64,000 nt of DNA from Amoebophrya sp. A120. Taxonomy: Eukaryota; Protista; Dinoflagellata. Location: assembly GCA_905178155.1 (NCBI GenBank), contig CAJINV010000001.1, positions 4,692,747 to 4,756,746 on the forward strand, read 5' to 3'. The notes below the pieces were generated by a model. That model was given only the letters and a program-made list of their open reading frames with translations. It searched no databases and was not told the DNA's origin. Position numbers and translations under genes: made by a program. This document shows, one piece after another, positions 48,650-59,400 of the stretch; positions within the stretch are counted from its first letter, which is position 1, and each line of letters starts with the position of its first letter.

Positions 48650-50406
48650 ATGAATGATAGACAGCGCTCGGCCTCAGTAGAGCCGCTGGCAGAGCCAGAT
48701 CCCGACCCGGTGCTTGCCGAGGCCCGACGCATTGACGCGCAAGCTTTGAGTTCCGCAGTGCCGGCTTGGATACAGAAAATTGATACAGAGCGCCAGCTTT
48801 TTGGGGGTCTGCGCAGGCCTGCGGAGCGCCTGGCCGTCATCCAGGCAGTGGCCGACGCGCTGTGGCAGAAGGAGGGCCGTTTCTTGTCGTTCGTCATCGC
48901 GGGGAGTTATCCGGCCGCCTTGGAAGCGTATGCCGCCAGCGGCCGGCTGCTCCCGTACAACGACATAGATGTGTTTTACTGTGGTCTTGACCTTGAGTAT
49001 GACTGCGGGGGCGAGCGTGCAAAGGGGAGCAGGCCCGACACAGCTGACAAATGGCGACTCAAAATCCTGGGAGCATCCACCGAAAAACTGGGGGAGGGCC
49101 TTATCGACGTCAACTTTATCAGGTAAGTGCTTACTTTCGTTGATGTTGAAACGGCTCGCGCGCTATAAGATGCGAGCATCTGTTTGATTTTGACGTGATG
49201 GAACTGCGTGCGATAGCTCTTTTGGAAGCGCCACGCTGGCGTTGAGAGTCATAACCACAGCGAACTCCAAATCGTGCCTGTGCCCTCTATGACAAATCCA
49301 GGTGCAATCACAGCCACCTCGAAACCCTGGTGGAGGGATTTGACATCAATGCTATAAGGGTCGGGTTCCGTGTTCGGCCCAAGCATGTGGTGGCACAATC
49401 GCAGAGCGTGGCCGGTGGCGAACCACCCAGCGCAGCAGCTGCACGAGGGACGACGTTGACGTGCGTGCCTGAATTGCACGAGACCTACATGACGCCGGAT
49501 TTCCGAACTTGGCTGCAGGGCCTCACGACCGGTGACGTGGGCAAGTCGACGCTGCGCATTGTCAATTTCCGAAATGGCCCCAACCCTGTATCGTCCATCG
49601 TGCGTCTTGACGCGAAGCATTACCAACTCGGCCTCCCGTGTGTGCTTCCGGAAGACGAAACTTTGCGCGCAGTTCTCAGCGAGAAGTGTATCGGCATCTT
49701 GACCAGGCGGCGCATCCTCGAGCGGATGCATCCAACCCGGCGGGACGATTTTTTGCGAAGGTTTTCCGATCTGAATTGTCCTTTCGTACGCAATGTTCTT
49801 CTTGTCCAGTACGTAGATGAACCAATCTGATGACCTCAGAGGAGTACCAATTTATCAGAATGATGATAATCTTCCAGGTTTTCGCTGCAGAGAATTGAAA
49901 ACTGGATACCGAACGAGTTTCGCGGCGGGTTGGGATGCATCGACTACCTGTTCTATCTTCGGTTGGTTCAGAAGCTCCCCGCCAGTGAGTTCCGGGAACG
50001 GTTTCGGCGCGAGAGAGTCATCATCTGGCGCGTAGATGCGGTCGCCATCGCCGGCGAGGAGAGATCAAGGAATACCACGTATGCGGATTGGCCGGCAATT
50101 TACCAGCGTGCTGTAGACGTTTGCTTTCACGGGGACAACAAGAAATGCCTGGACGAATGGTACGCAGAGTATGCCGTTTACAACAGCCATAGCAGAGGCA
50201 GACCCGACACCGAGACCGACCTCGAAGACGAGCCGGGGGATAAGCTGCGCGAGGACATTGCCTCCGCGTATGGGAGACCCAACCCGTTGGCTGCTGCACA
50301 ACAATCTGGAACACCCGACACCGCCGCGCCAATGGACCTTTCAGACCTTTTTGATTCGGCCGAAACGTCCCGCGAGAGTGGATCGCTTTCAGCGTACGGA
50401 GCGTGA
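48650..50406 (+). CDS. Pol-beta-type nucleotidyltransferase-fold protein, 3 exons
   Basis: Exons 48650-49122, 49302-49760, 49878-50406 (GT-AG). Motifs VIAGSY, NDIDVF, IDVNFI, FDIN. Confidence 0.65.
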
Positions 50407-51787
50407 GCGCCGCTCGTCTGCCAGCGAGGTGAGAGAAAGACGAAGCCAGATTTGGATCCGTCCGCCGTGTAGGCGCTTTTTTGAAATCTAGAGCACTATA
50501 ATTCAAAATCGAGAAAAATGTGCCCCAATGTCAGACTTCCACAGATTAACCGTAGCTAGGTGACCTGAGTCGCAGCGATGCGAGAAGAATAAGCGAAGAT
50601 GTTCAGAGAGCTCAACAGTGCGCCCTTCAATATTCGGTCACGGTGAGTTTTTCGGTGCAAGTTTCGGTTTCATCTCGTTGGGGAATAAATGACTGCATGA
50701 GTGTGATTGAAGTATGGGTCTAAATGCGTTTTTCTCACGAAGAAAAACTGACTCAAACCCGTGCGCGACCGCCGCGAGAAGCATAGACGTGCTCAGTAGA
50801 TTCATTAAGGGAGAAATCGTCAAAGTGGCCAGTAAATAATACTCGAACTCGGTGCAAGAGAATGAAAATGTGAATATGTACAAGAATGACCCGACTTCAA
50901 AGAAAGATTAGGGTATTGTCGACGATTCAATCGTCTAGTTCAGGAGATGAAGTTGCTCGCCCCCTGAGAATCAATGTTTTACTTTAGAAAGAGTATCCAC
51001 CTGCCACACCTCTTTTCATTTCTAGGTTTGCAGCGAGCTCAAGCTTCGACGCCGAATAGTATTTTCGAAGCATGAGTCCTTGATTGAGGAAACAAAAGTT
51101 TCGCAAGTTGTTGGTAGCTATCACAAGAGAGCAGTAAACGCGATTGCTACACACAGTTTCGCCCTCGATTACATTCGCTAGAGCGACGACGTAGAGAGCA
51201 GCATTTGTCGTGACAGGCGGGGAATAAAAAAGTGCGCCAGTAAGATGGTCCTGTGAAGAAGAGCGGATGATGTAAGAACACGATTTTTTTTTGTGCACCA
51301 GTACTATGCTTATGCAGCCCACCGGCTCTTCGTCGTTTTTTTCTCGCGTGGTAGCGAAGGTCGAGGGCGGTATAGAGCACTTGTATTCTCGACTGACTGG
51401 ACGTCCCACGCAGACCCCCGTGACTGTGATCCGACACAAAAACACCGTAGCGCACACCAGCACCACTCCCGGTAAGCACAGCGCAGCTGGTGCAGCGCAC
51501 CATACTACCTCCTCGAGCACGTCTTGCACCACGTCCACTAGTAGTGAGTTCGAAGAAATCGAAAACTTGAGCACTACCGGTCGCTTTTTCTCGAAGGACA
51601 GTGCAGCTACCTCCTCAGATATGCTCTCCATGCGCACCGCGGAGAGTTTGTGAAGAAGCTTTTTTTTACCCGCGAAGTACGAGCAGCAAAGATCTTCCAG
51701 AGGGAGCAGGAACCACGCGTGAGGTGATTCTGTAGTCAAGATCTTCATCTTCGCTACAAGAAAAGCCAATTGAAAGGAGGTTCTACG

Positions 51788-52192
51788 ATGTCGGGCGCAG
51801 GAGCTGCTGCAGCCCGCGTTGGGTTCGACCAAGCGGGCAAGTCGCTGTACCGGCGGATACTGCGACTGCACAGAAATTTGCCGCACCCGATGATGCGGGC
51901 GATCGGAGATGTCTACGTAAAGAAGGAGTTCCGAATCCACTGCGGCCCACCGTCGATGCAGACGAACCCCGTCCTGCCGGAGCAATTCAAGGACTTTTTA
52001 CGCAAGTGGAACCAGTACGCCGATCAGATTGCCGAGGGCCAGGTGGGCAAGCAGATTTCGCGACAGCAAAAGCAGACCATGACCGCGGAGCAGCAACTCA
52101 AACTTCGGGAGCTGCGCGAAGCTATCCGGGGCGGAGGTCCCCTACCTGGGTTCGGACCGCCTCCGGGCGGCGGTGGCGGGGGAAGCGGGTAA
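51788..52192 (+). CDS. SDHAF3: Succinate dehydrogenase assembly factor 3 (ACN9/SDH7, LYR family)
   Basis: LYRRILRLHRNLP..MRAIGDVYVKKEFRIH...FLRKWNQY matches the family signature; intronless. Confidence 0.9.
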   Translation: MSGAGAAAARVGFDQAGKSLYRRILRLHRNLPHPMMRAIGDVYVKKEFRIHCGPPSMQTNPVLPEQFKDFLRKWNQYADQIAEGQVGKQISRQQKQTMTAEQQLKLRELREAIRGGGPLPGFGPPPGGGGGGSG

Positions 52193-53411
52193 TTGGCGAA
52201 GTGACGAAATGGAGGCGCAGGGGATCGTGCGGAGCAGAGAAACAAGACGTAGCGTCGCCCTGTCGTCGTGTATAGTCTGTACTTGTAGCTTAACTTCAGG
52301 CCGCTGCAGCAAGCTTCGGTGTTTGCCATTTTCTAGGGGACGGACAAAACGAAAACAGCGTCAACGTATGTGATGTCCATGCATCATTTTCCGTTCGCCT
52401 TAGCATACTTGTGTGTAGTTTCATTTGCGTGAGAAGTCATCCGTTTACCGTTCGGGGCCTTGCTTGAATCAATTTAAAAAGCAATGAACGTGAAGAGTCA
52501 CGAGATAGCTACAACACGCGGCGACCATGATTTTTTTACATGAAACCTACTATATCGTGAATCTTGGTGAAGACTCCCTGCGGCCTCCGCTGACTACCCC
52601 TGTATGCACTCAGAACAGATTATTCGCCAAAGAAGTCTCTTCTACCAGGTAGAAGAGCAAATTTGTGCCTGGAGCATTTCTTCGTCTCAGAAGCGCAAAT
52701 TTGTCGCTCTTGTTCACGACCGGTGTAAAAGATTCTGTACTCGAAGTCGGTTTTTTTTCTGTCGTGCCAGTCTAGAAGAAATGTCCGCGACCGCGTGTCG
52801 TAATTCTGTTTTTTTCTCGTGTTTTTTTTTTCATTCTTGGAGGGATACGTGAGCGCGTCAATATCATCCGAGAGTGACGGAAACGGAGTGCGTTTCTTTG
52901 TTTACCGGTGCTTGGTGGTCAAAAGAGATAGCGTGTCGCATTGAGCGAGGTCTTTTTTGTTGGCTCTGCGTCGTGTGGAGACGGTTCAGTTCAAACAACC
53001 ACCAGGGGGCGAAAAGAAGTACCCTTTTGCTCTGGAGTCCCTCCCGTGGGATTCGGGCAATCAGGGCGTGCACCTGCAGTACTGATGAATGTGCTACTCT
53101 ATTTTTGCCAATAAATCTTACATTTGTTTCGTCTTAAACTACTACAGTTCTATTCTTTCCTTTGGTCATTTACATTTTACTGCTCCTTTTCCGTATTCCA
53201 TTCGTTACTACTTTATTTCGAGTTTTTTCCGCCGGAGTCCAAGTTTCGAAGAAAATCAAGATCTCTGTCTCTCCCCTTATCATTGCTTTCAATAACTACT
53301 GCAATCAACCATTTTCATTTTGTGTTTTATCGTGCATTGTTTTTCTTTTTCTCTAATCGTAATAATAAATCGACCAAACTTTTTCATTCCAGGCGTCAGA
53401 AATTTGATGCC

Positions 53412-56400
53412 ATGGAGAGCAGGGGTGGCAGTTCGAGCTCAACTGCAAAATGGCCCCCGGGACGCTTCTGCACCACGCTCAAGTTGCAAAAAGAAGAGCA
53501 AAGGGGAAAACTACCGGTCGTGGGCGTTCGGCTACCAGAAGAAAAAAGCAGAAGCTTTTCATCTTCCACTTCGCAGAATTTTGTATTCCCGAGCAGGACC
53601 TCGTTTGTACGCAGCGCCTGTGCGGAAGACAGGAATACCACAAGAAAACAAGAGGAGCAATGTTTTCTGCAAGAGGTCAAAGAACAACGCGAGTGCGTGC
53701 GCGCAAATGCGTCTTGTCATGCAGGGAGAACAGGACAAGACATGGTTTGCCGTTCCCTCGGGAAAAAGCCGCCAGAGATTTGTTTCTACAACTTGCGCAC
53801 TCAGGATTATCAGAAATCCCCCGCTGAAATAAAGAGAAGAAAAGTACCGGCTCGTGAGGACGATCATCATGGAAGAAGTCGCAGCAACTGCCAGCATCTT
53901 CCCGGCGGGGCCGAACAGGACAGTCCGACGCAGTGCGTTACGAATCGGGACGAAGCAATGCCAAGGGACTTAGTCGGGTCTGTCAAGAATGCGAGCGCTT
54001 CGCAGAACGACACGATCTACTTGGAAAGCGGATGCGCTTGTCATGAAGATTTGGAAAGACGACAGGCTGCAACAACATCGGGCATGAGTGAAGACGGAGA
54101 AATAGTTAATAGCGCAGATAATTTGCAGCGTCACGACTGTAGCCTCGAAGCGCATGTGAATTCAAAACCGGGTGAAGAACACAGTGGGGCGTCATCCTCT
54201 TGCACTACCATCTCCCAAAAATTGCGGTTCAGCTGCTGGAAGAGGAGGCGGAACTCGACAAGCGGAGGCCAACCGGTTCTGCATAGGTTTTTCGTCGAGC
54301 GGTCAGAGCAGGCAGTGAAGGCGACGAAGATGACGAAGCGAGGGGTCGAGACAGTAACGAGCGATGCTCGGTGCAGAGCCGCGGTTGCAACGGTTCATGG
54401 AAGAGAAACAAGCCGAGATAGTTATTCCGACAGAAAGATAGTCCAGAAACAGAAACTATTTGCTGCTGAATGTCAATGTTGTCCGCAAAAAAAGGCGCGA
54501 GGAGAAAATACGAGAAAGGAAGGCGCTCGGCGTGTACGCTCCAGGAATAAAGACGACGGCGGACATCACGAGGCGAATTCTACTTCTTTAGGCAACTACT
54601 ATAGCAGTGTTGTCCGTGTCTCATCGACGACATTTGACCGCCACTTAGAAACCGACGAGGCACGGCCAGCAGAAACAAGAAGTCACGTTCGGCGTTGGAG
54701 GATTCCGCCTGTTAGCCGTCGAAAAGAACAAACTACACATCTAGAGGGCGATACAGCGCAACCGCAGTCCAGCCGAGAGAAGAACGGAATAAAGATAGAG
54801 AAGCAAAAGAACAGAAGGAAACCGGGGGCAGTTATTGCACGGCTAGAGAACATCAAACGCCACCACAAAGACATGAACATGTTCCTTTTCCTCCGTTCCT
54901 TCCTGCTCCTCCTCCTAGCCTACTCAAGCGTTATATTCGTCGCTGCCTTCGACGTGGTCACGATCAGCCACCGCGCCCAGGTCGTGAAGATCGACATTGC
55001 CGCCACCTGCCCCTGCGAGTCGGAGGAACTGCCGTGCTATGACGCGTCCGCCGCCGAGGGGGAGGTGCAGTGCAAGGCCCCCATTTTCACCGTGTCGGAG
55101 ATTGCCTCGGCCGCTGCGAACGGGCAGGTGCTGCTCCGGTGCGGCACGCTGCTGGACTGCATCGAGGTGAAACTGGTGTCGGAAAACCAGCAGCAGCAAC
55201 TGGTGCCGAAACAGCTGTTGGAAAGGTCCCGTTTATCTCAGTTCCGGTACGAAACGGCGCCGGTGCTGGACTCCTACGGAATCGAAACCACACAGAAGAA
55301 CCGCATTGAGTACTCCCGCTGGACCTACATCGGCTGCTTTTCCGCCCAGGACGTGACGGCGGACCACCGCGCGAACCCGCCCGCACAGGCCTACGACCCG
55401 AACGCGTGCATCGAGTTTTGCACGGGGCCGGGCGGAATGAAGTACAACGAGTACTACGAGCAGCAGAAGCAGGTCACCATCGGCATCTCCAAGCTCTCGT
55501 GCGCCTGCGTCGTCGAGTCCATGCAGCTCTTCACCGAGGACAAGTTTCACACGATGTGCACGCAGCCCTGCTTGCCCAGCTTTTCGAACCCACTCTGCGG
55601 CGGCGACGGCGACGCGCAGACCGACTACTGGGGGCTGTTCATGGAGTACGAATTCCAGTCCTTTGGCTCGTCGGGAGCGTATGATGTGTGGCGGTACATG
55701 TGGTACACGGTTGTCGTGATCAAAGACAGCACCATCGACGCCAATGGCCAACTACTGCAGATTGGCGCACAGCAAGTCGTGCCGGAAAGATACTACTTGC
55801 ACTGCGCAAACGAACAGGGAGCGGCGGTATCTATACGATGAATGATATCAACATCTGATTGTAGTTTTTTGAGCGACGGATGGAAAATAAAAGGCGACTC
55901 TTTCATCAGTGCGACAGAGGAAAATGTCATGCTTCTGATCGTCGCACTTACTACATCTACTGCGAAATTCATCTATCTCTATCTTTTCATGACAAAACTG
56001 ATCAGGTGTTCCAGAACCAGATCCAGATCAGGAACGTGATGCTGTACGGGTTGGAATACGACACCACGGGATCGCGGCTGGTTGCTCTCGCCCTGCCGAA
56101 CAACGTCGGGCGCACACCCGTGGTGACGCAGAACACGGATGACAAATGGCGGTACCGGCTGACCACGGTCGAAATCGACGAGACGGATCGCATATGGATT
56201 GCAAATATGTCTGGGTCTGGAAGATTCCGGGATTTGTGATGCATATTTTGTATGACCCATGATGCTTGTAATGCATGATCTAGCATCACAGATTTTTAGA
56301 GGGCTTTCTGATGCCCATTCTGCATGAGAAATGCCCTCTCCGCGTAACACAAACTGGACTCCTGTTGCTGGTCACGCAATACAGATTTTCTTGGAATCCA

Positions 56401-59400
56401 AAGACAGCATGACAAGTTGCAATCTTCCAGACCCAGACATTTTTGCATTTCATATCGCATGTATCCCAAGCTGACGCAGGTCGAGCACGAATTGAACGAC
56501 GAAAACTTGCAGTCCTTGCAGTACCTGTATCGGGCGAACTCGCAGGCGCAAGATAACCTGGTACAAGAACGCACGTTGTCGTGTGTGATAGCTTTCTTGT
56601 ACCCAAAGAATGCTCATGGTCTCTTGCTTTTTCGATGCCTTATCCGCAGATGAGGAAAAAAATTCAAGATCTACAGCTATCTGATATAAAAACCAAAAAA
56701 TCTTCAGGTTTTCACGGGCGTTTCCTGCATCATTTCTGGTTACATTCGGAGCTACGCGATCACGCAGGTGGACAAGAATGACAAGCGGAACGATCGGTTT
56801 TTTCTCTTTTCCATGCAGGAAGACGCGGGCACCGGCGGCTTAGCCAGGGTGAAGCTGATCCACCAGCAGCCGCTTGGGTTCAAGGCACTACAGCTCTACG
56901 GAAACACGAGGTACGGGACGATTTCCTGTGTGGGGCCGATGAACGGGGACATGATGTATGTGGTGTTGGGCTATCTATGTATTGTAAAAATGTCTGGCTC
57001 TGGAAGGTTGCAACTTGTAATGCTAATTCTGGATCGTGCAAAAATCTGTGTTGCATGAATGCCAAAAGCTGTCCACTTTTGACCAAGTTGAGAGGAAGTT
57101 TCTCATGCAGGATAGGCATGATACGGATCTCACAGAATCTGCCATGCTAGGTCTCGCATTCCAGACCTCATGGCTCATGCAAAACGTGCATGACAACGAC
57201 AAGTCTCAGAATCTTCCAGACCCAGACACTTTTGCATTTGATACTATCTGTTCGAAGACGATCGCGATCCAAACAACAAGCAAACCCGGTGGACCTCCTA
57301 CTACGACGAGAGCAACAAGGCCACTGGACGGTAACTAATATGACGTCTGTTATCAATGATGCGAAAAAAGAATTCAGTCTTGTGGAAAACTTTGCTTGCA
57401 GCAGATTATTCATGCTTTTGTTATCATCTATCACTCACACTATTTTGTTCCACTTCACCTCCCTGTCATCTGTTCTCCTTCTGACACAGGTATTTCGGGC
57501 AGCAGATCATCAGTGGATTTCACGTGTACCCTGGTGGTGGCGCCTCGGGGCCCCGGAACAGTACCTTTCTCTCCTACCGAAACTACCCGGAGTCCGTTGC
57601 GCGGGACCGGCCGAGGTTGGAGACGGCGTACAGCGTGTTGCAGATCAACGCCTACAGTGGGTCCACCGACAAATGGTGCCAAGTGGAAGCGTGCGAGACC
57701 GGCGACCTGCACCGCTCCATCGACCCCGACGTGCCCTACGCAAACCTGTTCAACGCGGAGGCCGGATTTCCCTTGGTCCTGTCCGCGCCGAAAATTGAGC
57801 ACGCGCGGTTCACCATCGAGGGGCTCTTTCTGCGGATCGTGTTCAATATGGAGACCACGCGCGGGGCCATTCCGATCGACACGGACGGGAATCGGCTCCC
57901 GGATCGACTGGATCAAACGAAGGACCTATTACAGCGAAAAATGCCCCCACCCCGGAAATTTGCAAAAGTTTCTGATGCAAAGCTTCCAAATGAAAGCTTT
58001 TTGTCTTGCATGAAAGGACTACGAGCCTTTCTGATGCAGAGTCTAGGTGTGCAAGGTATCTTTTGCATAACAGATCTGCCTGCTGTTGGACTCCTTTGCA
58101 ATACAAATTTGAGCTATTCAGCATGGCAAATTTGTGATGCTGATATATGCAAGACGGCGAATGTTTCCATTGGAAAGATTTGCAATACAAATGCTGCCAA
58201 GTGCTGGGGAGGAGGCATTTTTCATTGTAATAGCACCGGTCCGGCGGGGCGAAGTTCGACTGCGCGGAGGTGTTGGTGCCCGAGACCATTGCCTTGATTG
58301 GGACGTATCCGGAAACCAGCTGTGTGTGGAAGGACGACGTGAGCGAGGGGGGCGGCGAGACGTTGGAAGTTGAGTTCGGGACCATGGCGGACTTGAAGCT
58401 CGGGGACGAAATCGAACTGCTCGCTGACCGAGTGTTTGCAAAGCCAGAGTGCAGGGTATGATAGTATCCGTGTTTTGTACTACTTACCATACGTTTTGTT
58501 GATCATGGGGTCAGGCCGATGGTTCTTTTCTTTTCGCATGTTCTTCACCCTGGTGCAACAACATCTACTGAGATTGTCATACTATCTTCCATCAATCGCA
58601 CGATAATAGATTAACATGTCTTATTCCAGCAAAGAAACTTTTTCCCAAAAAGAATTTCCACACATCGTCAGACCCCCGGCGATTTTTCCACGTGCGAGTT
58701 TTCCCCGGCCGCGGTCGGCGAGGGTGCCGTCGTGTCCCTTCCCCACCCCTTACTCGCGCCCGTGGTTTCCGTGGTGCCAAAGGACGGCACGTTTTCGATC
58801 GACAGTTGCGGCAGCATCACGCTGAAAGCCGACGAGACCAAGCGGACGGGCCGCTCCGCGGTGTACCTGTGGGAGCTGGACGACAGTGACGGGGTCCCGT
58901 ACGTGAGCCTGAACACGGTCTCCTCCGCAATGAATCAAACCAGGTACGCCATCCTGCATATCGCAAGAAAAAAGTGTTACAGTTACACATTGTGTTGCAG
59001 GCCAAGCAAGACAGACAAGCTCTGTCATGCCGGATATGCATAGCGGCCTCGCTTAATAGGTGTTTTCCCGTAGGATTTCCGCATTACAAGTTTTCTCTCT
59101 CATGCAGAGGAATTTGTGTTGCTGAATTGACTACAAATGTGTAACTGTAACACTTTTTTCGTGGGATACTGCAGCAGCGCATGGCCGAAACCACGACCGG
59201 CACGCTGGAGATCTGCGTGGAGTGCATGCCCCAAGGGTTCCGCTACAACATGAAGGTGTCCGTGACCAGCGAGTGGGGCATGACGAGCACGTTGGCGTTC
59301 GTGATCGAGAAGGCGGACTACCCCGCGCCGACCATCCGGACCGGGAGCTGGAGCAGTCCGACGAACCGGTTGACGTCGCAGGCGATCCGGATCGACACGG

